64,000 nt of DNA from an uncultured virus (IMG/VR IMGVR_UViG_3300023179_000076). Its lineage: Duplodnaviria > Heunggongvirae > Uroviricota > Caudoviricetes. Each line of letters starts with the position of its first letter. Position 1 is the stretch's first letter. The stretch covers positions 1 through 64,000 of the IMG/VR virus record IMGVR_UViG_3300023179_000076; one strand, written 5' to 3'. A program made the translations under genes and the position numbers. Shown one piece after another: positions 17,066 through 28,600 of the stretch. The notes beneath the pieces are model-generated. The model made no database searches. It worked only from the letters and a program-made list of their open reading frames with translations, and had not been told where the DNA came from.

Positions 17066-18709
17066 ATGGCAAAATCTAAATTAAAAATATTGATGTGTTC
17101 CGAAGCTAGTTTCATAAATTCTGGTTTTGGAAAATATGCAAAACAGATATTATCAAGATGGCATAAAACCAATAAGTATAGTATTGCAGAGTTTGCCTCA
17201 TACGGAATGGTAAATGATCCAAGAGATAAAAATATAGACTGGATTTATTATGCTAATGCTGTGCGAGATAACGATCCTAGATATAAGGAGTATATGTCTA
17301 GGACAGATAATCAATTTGGAAGATGGAGATTCGAAAAGGTTCTATTAGATTTTAAGCCAGATATTGTGGTTGATGTTAGAGATTTTTGGATGAGTGGGTA
17401 CCAAACCCTATCCCCTCTAAGACCTTATTTTCATCATATTCTCATGCCCACGGTAGACTCTGCTCCACAGCAAGAAGAGTGGGTAGATGTATTTCTATCA
17501 ACAGATGCTATTTTTACATATAGTGATTGGGGCGCTCAAATCCTTAAACAGCAAACTAATGATAAAATAAAATATATTGCCACAACTAGTCCTGGTGTTG
17601 ATTTAGATATTTTTAATATTAAGGATAAAAATAGTTGTAGACAAATTCTGGGTATAGATAATGATGTATTTATAGTTGGTTCTGTTATGAGAAATCAAAA
17701 AAGAAAACTGATTCCAGAGCTTTTAGCTTCTTTCAAAAAAATATTATCTATTTTTGAGAAAGAAAAACGATCCGATAAAATATTTCTATATCTTCATACA
17801 ACATATCCGGATATGGGATGGGATATTCCTGAGTTACTAAATGATCATCAAGTATCTAACAATGTTCTTTTTACATACCTATGTAAGAACTGTTCCAATA
17901 TAGAGAGTTGCGTATACTCTGGACCTCAAAAAGTATGCTCAAAATGTTTTAATAAATCATCGCAATTTCCATCTGTATCTCAAGGCGTTACTGACGAACA
18001 ACTTAGTATAATCTACAATACATTTGATTTATATGTTCAATATGCTATATGCGAAGGATTTGGTATGCCACAAGTCGAAGCTGCTGCCTGTGGTATCCCT
18101 ATAGCAACTGTCGAATATAGTGCTATGGTAGATATTATATCAAAGTTAGAAGCATATCCAATAAAAATTAAAACATATTTCAAAGAACTCGAAACAAAAG
18201 CTATTAGAGTATATCCAGATAATGATTGCCTAATTGATATTATACTAAAAGAATTAGATAAACCAATATCTATTAGAAATAATAATAGAATTCGAATAAG
18301 AAATTTAACAGAAAAATATTATAACTGGGATAATATTGCAAAAATTTGGGAGAATTATTTTGATAATCTAGACTTTAGATCAGACTGGTCCAAGCCTCTA
18401 CCAATCTTGCGTAAAGCGAGCATATCTAATAAGGATTCTAATTTTTCACAATTCATTAACCTATGCAATAATACGATGAAGAATAGTGAACTTTTATCGT
18501 CTTTCAAGTTTTTGAATATGCTTCAGAATGCAGACTATGGTTTCCATTATGTATCTCCAACACAAATCTCTGGATATGGTATAAATAATTTATGCGATCA
18601 TATCAATACTATGATAGATAATAATAATAGATCAGAAGAAGTCAGACAAAAAAATATTAAATTTGAAGAAGACTTTATACAATATGCACATTTAAAGAAT
18701 GATATATGA
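17066..18709 (+). CDS. GT-B (GT4-like) glycosyltransferase with a Cys-motif insertion
   Basis: SGFG, PDIVV, PGVDL..F, VMRNQKRK, YNTFDLYV...EGFGMPQVEAAACGIP, YNWDNIA. Confidence 0.88.
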   Translation: MAKSKLKILMCSEASFINSGFGKYAKQILSRWHKTNKYSIAEFASYGMVNDPRDKNIDWIYYANAVRDNDPRYKEYMSRTDNQFGRWRFEKVLLDFKPDIVVDVRDFWMSGYQTLSPLRPYFHHILMPTVDSAPQQEEWVDVFLSTDAIFTYSDWGAQILKQQTNDKIKYIATTSPGVDLDIFNIKDKNSCRQILGIDNDVFIVGSVMRNQKRKLIPELLASFKKILSIFEKEKRSDKIFLYLHTTYPDMGWDIPELLNDHQVSNNVLFTYLCKNCSNIESCVYSGPQKVCSKCFNKSSQFPSVSQGVTDEQLSIIYNTFDLYVQYAICEGFGMPQVEAAACGIPIATVEYSAMVDIISKLEAYPIKIKTYFKELETKAIRVYPDNDCLIDIILKELDKPISIRNNNRIRIRNLTEKYYNWDNIAKIWENYFDNLDFRSDWSKPLPILRKASISNKDSNFSQFINLCNNTMKNSELLSSFKFLNMLQNADYGFHYVSPTQISGYGINNLCDHINTMIDNNNRSEEVRQKNIKFEEDFIQYAHLKNDI

Positions 18710-19674
18710 ATATTCTATATATAGGTCCTTATAGATCATTAAGTATCGATGGTTATTTGTCTTTGAATCTATTATTGAATTTAAAGGATCTGAAACAATA
18801 TACTGTGACAGCTAGACCCATATTTATATCAAATAGAGTTAATAATCTAGCCAGCAAATTAAATGATACAATTCTGTCAATGGAAAATCATCAGTCTAAA
18901 TCTTTTGATCTATTAATACAAAACACAGAGATCAATACTATTTCTTATAATTCTAAGATACCATATCATATCTTTTTTCCTAATTATAAAGATATTATTC
19001 CTGATGATAGTATATCACAAAAATATATATTTCTAAGTAATAGGGGATTGCTATTATATAGTAATAATATTCATAAAAAATTATTAGAATATCTTAATAT
19101 TGATAATGGTTTATTTCTTAATAACAATATTAATAATAAATTATTATCTCCAACAAATAATATATTTAATTTAGGTATCTATAATAGATATAAAAAATAT
19201 TATACCATAATTCAATCCAATATAGATTATGATACAAAAAAAATAATTGTAGATTTTATTAAACTTAATCAAGAAAATAATTGTTTGGTATTATTTATAC
19301 AAGATATTGATCAGGAAATGCTCAATAAATGCAATGAATATATAAAGAGCGTGTATAAAAAATTTGAAATCAATAATACTATTTCGAAAGTTATAATTGT
19401 TCCCACATTGTTAAACGAAACGTCCATCAGATCAATACATAATACTGGTGATATCTATATACACAAAGACAATGATCTTCATCTTATGCTTGCTAAAGAA
19501 TATGGTAAACATATTGTATTAAATACATCTAATGTTACTATACAATGGGATCAAAACGATCTGCATAAATATGGTAAATTAAAAAATACACAAGATATCG
19601 ACCTTTTATCTGAGAAAAAATATCCCAGTTTAAAAAACAATCTTAGCGAAATTATAGATGCCTATGTTAAATAA
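18706..19674 (+). CDS. Degenerate glycosyltransferase-like protein
   Basis: MNILYIGPY start, KYYTI and IHNTGDIYI resemble GT-B elements; no EGF motif. Confidence 0.5.
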   Translation: MNILYIGPYRSLSIDGYLSLNLLLNLKDLKQYTVTARPIFISNRVNNLASKLNDTILSMENHQSKSFDLLIQNTEINTISYNSKIPYHIFFPNYKDIIPDDSISQKYIFLSNRGLLLYSNNIHKKLLEYLNIDNGLFLNNNINNKLLSPTNNIFNLGIYNRYKKYYTIIQSNIDYDTKKIIVDFIKLNQENNCLVLFIQDIDQEMLNKCNEYIKSVYKKFEINNTISKVIIVPTLLNETSIRSIHNTGDIYIHKDNDLHLMLAKEYGKHIVLNTSNVTIQWDQNDLHKYGKLKNTQDIDLLSEKKYPSLKNNLSEIIDAYVK

Positions 19675-20509
19675 TTTAGCCTGTTCAAACATTATTAATA
19701 ATTTACTAGATAATAAAACCATATACTATATTGGTAAAAAGAACATATTTTTTTATATGTTAAATGTTAATTCTGATTATAATATCATTACCGAACCATC
19801 TCAACCTTTTTCAGCTATCTTATCCGACGATCCTTTGTTTTATTCTCAAAACATAGAAAAGCTGTCTTTAGAATATAATGTAAATAGTGTTCTGGTATTC
19901 CATGATCCACCATCAAATATAATTAAAAAAGAAGATAAATATATCCTAGATAGAAAACTAAGAAATAGTCATAGAATATTTTTTAGTAAAACTATTAAAG
20001 AGTTATGGAACATGGACAATAATTGTCATATTCTACAATATGGCCTACCAGAGAATATTGATATGACAAAAGATAAAGACATTTTAATATTAAATATTGA
20101 TCATAGTAATGTCAATATAGAGCTATATAACTATATCAAAACATTAGCAAATAGTTGTGACATATTAAATAAAAACGATATTAGTTCTTATGAAGATATA
20201 TTAAATATAATATCTAAATATAAAATATGTATTGTAACACAAGGTCAATACGACGCTATCCTTAGTTCTACTTTAAATTGTTTTGTTTTAACAAATATTC
20301 CATTATCTCAAGAGTTTTATAATCCTCTAATAAAAAATATCAACAATAAAAATATAAACGAGCAAATAAAATCCATACTAGAAAACTATTCTTTACCAAA
20401 AGAAATACAATCTTATTCTAATACATATATAAATATAAAAAATATGCAACATAATATAAATCAAGTTTTTAATCAAGTCTTTAAAAGAGTATATATTTAT
20501 GAGCCGTAA
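19658..20509 (+). CDS. Hypothetical protein, possibly degenerate glycosyltransferase
   Basis: 283-aa ORF in the GT cluster; YEDILNIISKYKICI resembles a GT-B C-terminal element. Confidence 0.45.
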   Translation: MPMLNNLACSNIINNLLDNKTIYYIGKKNIFFYMLNVNSDYNIITEPSQPFSAILSDDPLFYSQNIEKLSLEYNVNSVLVFHDPPSNIIKKEDKYILDRKLRNSHRIFFSKTIKELWNMDNNCHILQYGLPENIDMTKDKDILILNIDHSNVNIELYNYIKTLANSCDILNKNDISSYEDILNIISKYKICIVTQGQYDAILSSTLNCFVLTNIPLSQEFYNPLIKNINNKNINEQIKSILENYSLPKEIQSYSNTYINIKNMQHNINQVFNQVFKRVYIYEP

Positions 20510-20903
20510 TATCAACATATCCATCACAGAACCTTCTGATAAAAACACTATTCACATAAATGATCTTGCATCAATAATTAACTATTCTTGCGATAGTATT
20601 AAAGTTGCGTGTTTAGAATTCTTACCAGAGAATGCCCATGGACAGGTTATTAATATATTATTATCTAAGCTAAAACCTCTTGGAAAACTCATTATTACAA
20701 TTAATAATGTTACCAGTATCACTAAAAATTTTATGGCTGGAAGTATGTCATATCAAGATTTCTTAACCTTTTTTCAGAATAAACAAAGCTTACTGTCTAT
20801 AGATAGTCTTTATACATTTATAGACTTTAATACTTTCGATATTATACATATAAATCAAGAAGAATATTTTACAACACTATTCTTAGAGAGAAAACAGTTA
20901 TGA
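20499..20903 (+). CDS. Truncated class I SAM methyltransferase-like protein
   Basis: YSCDSI...LEFL...LLSKLKPLGKLII resembles the C-terminal half of class I MTases. Confidence 0.5.
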   Translation: MSRNINISITEPSDKNTIHINDLASIINYSCDSIKVACLEFLPENAHGQVINILLSKLKPLGKLIITINNVTSITKNFMAGSMSYQDFLTFFQNKQSLLSIDSLYTFIDFNTFDIIHINQEEYFTTLFLERKQL

Positions 20904-21622
20904 GAAATACACTATGTCAAGACTGTTATTTCGCTAAAAAAACAACATCAGACGATAAAGCGTGTTTTTTTGATATTCCAACAATAATAAAAGATATTCA
21001 CAATATACGTATTGATAATGAATTTAATATTATAGAAAACTATCAGTGCAGATATGGAATAAGTAATAAAATATACAAAGAAAATATTGATAAATTTCAT
21101 TCTGTGGATCTTATAGAATATATTAAACAACAAAACACAATTCGCTACTCCATCGCAGTTATTCTAGACAAATCTCCAGATACTGATCTGCTGATAAACA
21201 ACTTAAATAATCTATCTATTAAGCCATACTATATAACCATAGTCTGTTATAACAATACCGAAAATTTAACAAAAAAAATCAACAATCTTGGTATTAAATA
21301 TAAGATCCATAAATTTTTAGAAGATATTCCTGGACCACAAGCTCTTCACATTGCACTGGAAACAAATAAGAAAAATATCCAAAATGTGTTGTGGATTCTA
21401 ACAGAAGCAGGATTAGATCATGTTGTTAAGAACGATAGCATACAAGAAATCAATTATTTGGTGAATGTGGAACAAAAATCTATTCATTATTATAAATGTT
21501 CTAATATAGATTCAAATATTGATGGCGTTTTTATAGGCACAGATAACTATAAGCTTTTCTCAAAAAATATAGACTATACTATAGAACAAAATACGAATAT
21601 ATTATTTGATTATTATGATTGA
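20900..21622 (+). CDS. Hypothetical protein (Cys-rich N-terminus, possible GT-A remnant)
   Basis: CQDCYFA..C...C start; located in the GT cluster. Confidence 0.5.
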   Translation: MRNTLCQDCYFAKKTTSDDKACFFDIPTIIKDIHNIRIDNEFNIIENYQCRYGISNKIYKENIDKFHSVDLIEYIKQQNTIRYSIAVILDKSPDTDLLINNLNNLSIKPYYITIVCYNNTENLTKKINNLGIKYKIHKFLEDIPGPQALHIALETNKKNIQNVLWILTEAGLDHVVKNDSIQEINYLVNVEQKSIHYYKCSNIDSNIDGVFIGTDNYKLFSKNIDYTIEQNTNILFDYYD

Positions 21623-22283
21623 TATACTAATAATAACTCCAGAAATAACGAAAGGAATGAAATCTATAGGATCAAAGTGTTTACTTAATCTAAAAAAGAA
21701 TATGAGTGTTTTGGAATACCAAATTAGTCAGGCTCAAAAAATAAATAAAATATCTAATATAACAATTAATATAGGTTTTGATTATGATAAGATTATTAGT
21801 AAGCTTTATAGATATAAAAATATTAATTTTTTAATTAATAACGAATATGAGCATACTAATCAAGCACAAAATCTTATAACTTATATTAATAAGTATAGAC
21901 CAAAAAATTTGTTAGTAATCAACAGTGGAATACTGATTAAAGACAAAATTATAGATAAAAGCTTTCTAAATAATGAGTCAAAAATATTTATGCTTAACAA
22001 GCCTAAAAAAAATTTTACAATAGGATCATCATTATCTACAAATCTCGAATATCTTTTTTTTGATATGGAACAGTCGTGGTCGGAGATAGTCTATTTTAAT
22101 AATTTGGCCATAGACACCTTCTTGTCATGCGATAGTTCTATGTTTAAACAAATGTATCTGTTTGAGGCTATCAACTTTTTACTACAAAAAAATATTGTGT
22201 TTAAGAAAATTTATATTAACAAAAATAACATAATGAAAATAAATAATGCTAAAGATATTACAAGCGCCAGGATATTTATATGA
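21606..22283 (+). CDS. Sugar/choline-phosphate nucleotidyltransferase-like protein (degenerate)
   Basis: ILIITPEITKGMKSIGSKCLL, VLEYQI, IGFDYDKI, NNEYEHTN follow the LicC/GlmU-N layout but lack the AAG motif. Confidence 0.65.
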   Translation: MIIMIDILIITPEITKGMKSIGSKCLLNLKKNMSVLEYQISQAQKINKISNITINIGFDYDKIISKLYRYKNINFLINNEYEHTNQAQNLITYINKYRPKNLLVINSGILIKDKIIDKSFLNNESKIFMLNKPKKNFTIGSSLSTNLEYLFFDMEQSWSEIVYFNNLAIDTFLSCDSSMFKQMYLFEAINFLLQKNIVFKKIYINKNNIMKINNAKDITSARIFI

Positions 22284-22993
22284 ATAATTTATTAGTACAG
22301 TATAAAAACATTAAATTTATTAATAATATAGGTTTATCTAGCACTGATTTTTGTAATAAGATAGTTACAGAAACTAAGAATAATCTATATAAACTATATT
22401 ATACTTATAATTTTAGTCATGTAATTTTCATAGCGTCAATGATGGAACAGGAAGAATATCAATTTATAGATGATTTTGGTAAAAATATAAACATATTCGT
22501 ATATAATGATAATAATATTCAATTAAGAAAAAACTTAAATATTAAAAAGATTTTGCAAAAAGATAAAAATCAATCCGAGTATGATACAATTAGTATTCCT
22601 AAATTAGTTAACAATGAGCTATTTTTTTCTTCTCCAGATCAAACAATAAAGAATAATCATATTATATCTTTTCTAGATAGTATTGATTCTTTGCCGAATT
22701 GGCTACATAATTTTTTATATCCAACAAGCAAACTACCTATTAAATTATTCAATAATAATACTATTATTCATCCTCAAAATTTAGGGCTCGTCTCCGAAAA
22801 CGATAAAGCCTTATTGCTGCGACAGTCTAAGTACTATTTAGCAATAAATGATGATTATGTTCCAGAAGCGTGGGCGAGCCAGTGTTTAGTTTTGTCGAAA
22901 GATGATCTTGAAACCTTACAGCCCACAACTTATAAAAATAGTAAAAGTTTTCAATCGTATTCTAATTTTTTAAAGGTACTATTCCGTGAATAA
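22280..22993 (+). CDS. Hypothetical protein, GT-like C-terminus
   Basis: NLGLVSENDKALLLRQSKYYL...EAWASQC resembles a GT-B C-terminal lobe. Confidence 0.5.
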   Translation: MNNLLVQYKNIKFINNIGLSSTDFCNKIVTETKNNLYKLYYTYNFSHVIFIASMMEQEEYQFIDDFGKNINIFVYNDNNIQLRKNLNIKKILQKDKNQSEYDTISIPKLVNNELFFSSPDQTIKNNHIISFLDSIDSLPNWLHNFLYPTSKLPIKLFNNNTIIHPQNLGLVSENDKALLLRQSKYYLAINDDYVPEAWASQCLVLSKDDLETLQPTTYKNSKSFQSYSNFLKVLFRE

Positions 22994-23444
22994 AAAAAGC
23001 ATAGGCTTTATGATCATTAATATAGAAAATAATGAATATTATGATAATATTCTAAAAAATATTAAACTTTTGATAGATAACAATCCCTATTATAATATTG
23101 TAATATTCAATAGTAATTGTGACAAAGTATTAACATATAATATACCAATATTACATCTTTCCCATGCTAAGTTTTTTAAAGGCGATTTATGGACATTCGA
23201 TTTGGTTAGTCTTATTATATCGAAAAAATTTCCAAATATTAATAAAAAGATATTATACTGTAATGATATACCATGGATTAAAAATAGAAATAATCTATAC
23301 AATGAATGGAAAGATATCTACAATGATATAGATTTTGTAGCTTCTAACCAATATATATATGATATATATGATATGTCTTGGAGAAAACCATTAGATATTA
23401 TGGAGAGTTTTAATTATGAAAAAATACAACACATCTTACGATAA
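22986..23444 (+). CDS. Hypothetical protein
   Basis: 152-aa ORF overlapping both neighbours. Confidence 0.6.
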   Translation: MNKKSIGFMIINIENNEYYDNILKNIKLLIDNNPYYNIVIFNSNCDKVLTYNIPILHLSHAKFFKGDLWTFDLVSLIISKKFPNINKKILYCNDIPWIKNRNNLYNEWKDIYNDIDFVASNQYIYDIYDMSWRKPLDIMESFNYEKIQHILR

Positions 23445-24228
23445 TTTGTCTGACCAAGACAAAAAAGATCTAATTCTATCTCTATATTCTGAACAAGGTA
23501 AAAGTTTTGCAGATATAGCTGTTATGTATGACACATACGCTAATAGAATAAGGAGAGATGCTAAAAAATTAAATATTAAAATACGAGATAAGAGCGAAGC
23601 TCAAAAAAATGCTCTAAAAACTGGTAAGCATTCGCATCCAACAAAAGGGAAAGAAAGATCTCAAGATACAAAACAAAAGATAGGCATGGGCGTATTAAAT
23701 GCATGGGAAAATCTAGAAGATGATGAAATACAAAAAAGAAAACTTCAAGCTAAACAAAATTGGGAAAATTTAGACGATAATACAAAAGAGAACATTCTTA
23801 AATCTGCTAATACCGCGGTCAGAGCCACAAGTAAGGTAGGATCAAAACTAGAAAAATATCTACATAAAAGACTATTAAATGACGGATACAAAGTAGAATT
23901 TCATAAAGAACAAACTCTGGTGAATACGAGGTTGCAGATTGATCTGTTCGTTCCTAGTATAAATCTAGCGATAGAGGTCGATGGTCCATCTCACTTTACC
24001 CCTGTTTGGGGTCAAGAATCATTAAAAAGAAATAAAAATTATGATAATAAAAAAGAAGGACTAATAATTGGTAAAGGATGGAATTTATTGAGGATCATAC
24101 AAACCAAAGATTATTCTGATGCTCGCGCCTTCTTAATTTATGATCAAATACTTCAAATTATAAAAACAAATCATTCTAACCTTATTTCTGGGCAACAGAA
24201 ATTTACTATAAAGGATACCAATGGCTAA
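23416..24228 (+). CDS. Putative homing-type endonuclease (HTH + NUMOD3-like + Vsr/DUF559-like nuclease)
   Basis: KSFADIAVMYDT..NRIRR, KGKERSQDTKQKIG, GSKLE, QIDLFVP..NLAIEVDGPSHF, GWNLLRI. Confidence 0.75.
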   Translation: MKKYNTSYDNLSDQDKKDLILSLYSEQGKSFADIAVMYDTYANRIRRDAKKLNIKIRDKSEAQKNALKTGKHSHPTKGKERSQDTKQKIGMGVLNAWENLEDDEIQKRKLQAKQNWENLDDNTKENILKSANTAVRATSKVGSKLEKYLHKRLLNDGYKVEFHKEQTLVNTRLQIDLFVPSINLAIEVDGPSHFTPVWGQESLKRNKNYDNKKEGLIIGKGWNLLRIIQTKDYSDARAFLIYDQILQIIKTNHSNLISGQQKFTIKDTNG

Positions 24229-24949
24229 AAAAGATAAGAACGAAACAATTGAGAATACCGAAGATAATATCGTTGAAAAGAAAATTCCAACTATTGCTGA
24301 CTTAGATTGGACGGACTATGTTCTTGGGCTTTTATCAGACGACGAGAAGATTGCTGGTAATCCAACAACGGATGGTTTAAGACGTATTTTTGAAACCGTT
24401 CTAAATTGCAGATTAATATCGTCAACAAGTTCGGTTGTTCAGTCTCCTAGTCCAGAAAATGAAAAAAGAGCAACGGTCATACATTCCTTATCTTACTGTT
24501 TAAATCCAGCTGTTCAGGACTTAAACGGTTTAAATATTGTGTCTGTGGATGGCTCTGCGGACGTTTACTGGGGTAACTGCGATAAAGTATACCGTAATCA
24601 TCCCGTTGCTGTTGCGGAAACTAGGGCAGAAGGAAGAGCCCTAAGAAGAGCGTTAAGACTACGCAAAGTAGTAGCGGCCGAAGAATTATCAAAAGATATA
24701 GAAGACCATCCTGATCATGATACAGTAAATAAGATTAGTAACCAACAAATTAATTTTATAGACGTTTTGGCTCAGAGATTAAACATTAATGTTATCAAAT
24801 TATTAGAACAAAATAATATGGAGACTAAGAATATTTATAGTTTGACACATGAGAGTGCGGTTGATATAATAAGATTATTATCAAAATACCAACAAAATAT
24901 TGATAGTATACCACAAGATATTTTAGGCTACTCTAACGAATGGAAATAA
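24221..24949 (+). CDS. Putative ssDNA-annealing protein (Rad52/Erf-like)
   Basis: PTTDGLRR, DGSAD, VAVAETRAEGRALRRAL, AEEL, C-terminal ISNQQINFI. Confidence 0.55.
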   Translation: MAKKDKNETIENTEDNIVEKKIPTIADLDWTDYVLGLLSDDEKIAGNPTTDGLRRIFETVLNCRLISSTSSVVQSPSPENEKRATVIHSLSYCLNPAVQDLNGLNIVSVDGSADVYWGNCDKVYRNHPVAVAETRAEGRALRRALRLRKVVAAEELSKDIEDHPDHDTVNKISNQQINFIDVLAQRLNINVIKLLEQNNMETKNIYSLTHESAVDIIRLLSKYQQNIDSIPQDILGYSNEWK

Positions 24950-24952
24950 TTT

Positions 24953-25276
24953 ATGAAAGTACTATATAAAGCTAATGATAAATTACAATTTGAATTAGAA
25001 GGCAGCGGGCAAAAAGAAATATTTAAAGAGCTTGCTCTAATCCAAGAAATTTTTGGAGAAGCCAAATGTGGTATGTGTGGTAGCACCAATATTAAGTTTG
25101 TTGTTAGAAATGTTGATGGAAATGATTACTATGAATTAAGATGTTCTGATTGTGGTGCTATCTTAGCATTTGGTCAGCACAAAAAGGGTGGAACATTATT
25201 TCCAAAACGTAAAGATGATAATGGAAACTATCTTCCACATAGTGGATGGCACAAGTGGACTAAAGATAAAGAATAA
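24953..25276 (+). CDS. Hypothetical zinc-ribbon protein
   Basis: CGMCGS...YYELRCSDCGA. Confidence 0.65.
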   Translation: MKVLYKANDKLQFELEGSGQKEIFKELALIQEIFGEAKCGMCGSTNIKFVVRNVDGNDYYELRCSDCGAILAFGQHKKGGTLFPKRKDDNGNYLPHSGWHKWTKDKE

Positions 25277-25639
25277 TTACCATCGATTCATCGGACATTG
25301 CTCGTTAACCAAGCTTAATTTATTAATATAATTACGTGTTCTATTTACTGGACATCCGCACTGTGAGCATATTGAGTTCTTAAAAAATTCACAGCTTTCG
25401 CAAATTTTAAAACGTCTTTCTATTTCATCATCAGAAGCGATATCTTCATTATTTATTGTTTTATCCAATATATCCGTAGACAAGCCCCTTAGTTCCTTAA
25501 TGAAGTCTGGTTGATCAGAATCGATATCTATTGCGGAACATGGAAATATCGGAGCATCTCCATCATTTGTCGAAATCTCTATACCGCATTTACTGCATTT
25601 ATATATATTGTTATTTTTTAATATGAAATTACAAAACAT
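25277..25639 (-). CDS. Small Cys-rich phage protein
   Basis: ERRFKICESCEFF...CSQCGC...K...CPMNRW. Confidence 0.7.
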   Translation of the reverse strand: MFCNFILKNNNIYKCSKCGIEISTNDGDAPIFPCSAIDIDSDQPDFIKELRGLSTDILDKTINNEDIASDDEIERRFKICESCEFFKNSICSQCGCPVNRTRNYINKLSLVNEQCPMNRW

Positions 25640-25643
25640 TTAA

Positions 25644-28600
25644 TTAGAGCTGTACAGCATCGTCTCCTAATGGTGGTTCTGGAATTATTTTAGGCTTGGT
25701 AAAAAATTCATATGGAATTAATTCCCATAAAAATTGACTAATCATGTCATTGGTTTTAATTTCTATACCATCAACAGATCCATAGAATGCCCTATACATC
25801 ATTTCATTCATTAATTGGAAAAATAATGGGGTCGAAGACGGAATTAATGTGTTTGTACTATTATCTATTTCCATACATTTCCAATAATGGAAATCATTGT
25901 TAATGATATTTACTCCGCCGCTAAATGCTCCAGCGCTAACAACTGTGAAAGGATCTAAGGGCTCTAGAGCAGATCTTCTAGGATATGCTCTGTATGGAAC
26001 CTCTATACCATATCTAAATATGGTAGATAGCATATCCATTCCTCTTACTAGTCGTGGTAATTTTCTAATTTTAACTTTTAAATTATTGATATTGTCTAAA
26101 TTACAAACATTATAGATTTTAACAGATTGTTCCACCCTAATTCCTTGACTTAGCAGGCCGTAACCGTTTGGTGATCTCGATTCTCTACTAGCGAGAGCTG
26201 GAATACCACCTTCTTTTCCAAACTCATTCACGTCTCCATCCGAGGTGGTTTTTATAATAGCTTTACCATTATTATTTTCTACTTCTGTAAGTAATATGTC
26301 GTATGTTTCAAAAGCGGTTACGAGTATTTCTTTATTGTCATAAGCAAGATCTAGATTTTCTGTATCTCCATTTATATGATAATCTCTTCTCGATACCCAT
26401 TCTTTCCAATATATTGGTAATCCTTGTTGTCTAAGTTTATTCTCTAAATTAGTTTTTTTAGAATTTATAATATTTTCATTAATTTCATATATATAAGATT
26501 CATAAGATGGTCCTCTGCCAGAGTTTTTATTGCTTTTTTTGAAAGTAACATGATCCCCTATATTATTTTGTATAGATTGTCCTCTTAATCTTATACAAAT
26601 ATTGTTGCTTGGTAATAATGGTGTGCCAGCAATAGTTTGTATAAATGGTGTTCCTCTACATATATATTCTACCTTTTTGAGCACCTTGGGTCTTAATTCT
26701 TCCGCTATGCTGCAAGATTGATGTGGATCTAAGTTGATCCAGTAGTCGTCATTATTTTTCTCATAATTGATATCATAAACATTAAAACTACGCATCCATT
26801 CAAATGGTGTTATTAAAGAGATTTTAGCTATTTCTTGTCCTCTAATGCCTGATGTGTTTCTAGTAAAAGCTCTTCTAATATTTAGAATATTATCTTTTTC
26901 TATTTTTTGTATTTCTTCTTGTATTTTTATTTCAATATTATTAGTATCTTCGGAAATAATATCTCCAATAATAGTATTATTATTAATTAGATTAATTTCA
27001 GCTGTTTGCTTGATACTTATTTCACTTAATAATCTTAATATATCTTCTTTTTCTTTATAAAGTACTCTTAAAGCATATTCCGTTCTTTTTTTATGAATGT
27101 TATAATTTGATAATGCTACTAAGTGTTTATTTATATAATTTAAGTTTCTAGATTCTAAGATTTGATTAGTTTGATTATCCACCCCTATGCTCTGTTCTAG
27201 ACTAGGATATTCTCGTTGGTCTTCTAAAATATTTAGCCTAGCTATAAGATAATTATATGTTGTATCTGACATTTCTTGTCCAATAGGTTGGTCTGGACCT
27301 AGTCCCTCTCCATTTATTGGAGTTATAGTTTTTTTAATTTCCAAATCATCTTCTATACTGATATTACCAATTAATGGAATATTTTCTTTTTTAAGTTGAT
27401 TATTCTTAATATAAAATAGAGAATATGTAGATTCAATATTGTTAAAAACATACTCTAATTTATTTTTTATGGCATCATCTAAATTAGTTTCTTGAACTAT
27501 ATAATTTTTTTGATTCATTATTTCTGGTATATCTATAATTTTATGTGGATATCCAATAGACTCCGATGAAATTATAATATTATTATTAATAGTAATTTTT
27601 GGTTTTTTAAATTTATCATTAATATGATTATTTAATATATTATCAAGCTTTTTAATATTATTATATGATGGAACTGTATTAAGTATATTTTTATTTCTAA
27701 AATTAGATCCGTTCCCATATGATCCTATACTATGTGTGGTCTTTAATATTTCTGGGGGATATTGTGTATTAATACTGTCTTTTTCAAAAGCATATTGATT
27801 TAATGGACTTTCTTTATTATCAAAAGATGACGATAGATCAAAAACAACAACAACATTATCTTGCGGACTTATAAAATCGACTCCAAGCATTGACCTATCC
27901 ATTTTTAATACGCTATATGGTTTGTAGTCTTTATAGATTAGAGCTTTTGCTATAACTTTTCTAGTATATGTTGGCCCGGTAGCTCGTTGTAAAATAGGTT
28001 GCGGAGTATTGTCTTCTGTTGGTAATCCTGGCGTAGTTTCCGGACCGATTGGTTCTTCTATGATAGGATCTGGTTCCAGATTATTACCACTTACATCTAC
28101 ATTATCATTAAGAGAAAATATTTCATAGGGTATTTTACCATTTAAAATAATTATTTGGTTACCTGTTGCATTGACAGTAAAATTTGAAAAAATATTATTT
28201 GTACGATAAATATCTTGATTATTAAAAAGAATATTGTTATCAGAAATATAATCTAGATTACTATTTATTAACAATGGATTGCCTGTCAATAAGGTCCACT
28301 GATTATCTGTAACAGAATAGATTCCATTCTGGCATGATTCCGTAGCGTTAGATTCATCGTCTATCGAAAAAGAAACATCTACCAGATCATATGAGTTATA
28401 AGACGTATTATTATATGTTATCGGACCAACCAAAGAGACTGCGCTGCTACAAGGTAACGATAACGACTTAATATACTTATCGTCTATCAAATCCCTAATA
28501 TCTGTTACAAAATCAAATGTAAATCTAGATAATATAGGAAATGAATTTTTATTTAATTTAATATATGTATATTGTTTTTGAGATAAAACAGGAGTATTGA

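Noticed and set aside
25270..25285. Bidirectional terminator at the convergence of the two arms
   Set aside because: The stop codons abut with no gap and no clear hairpin was seen
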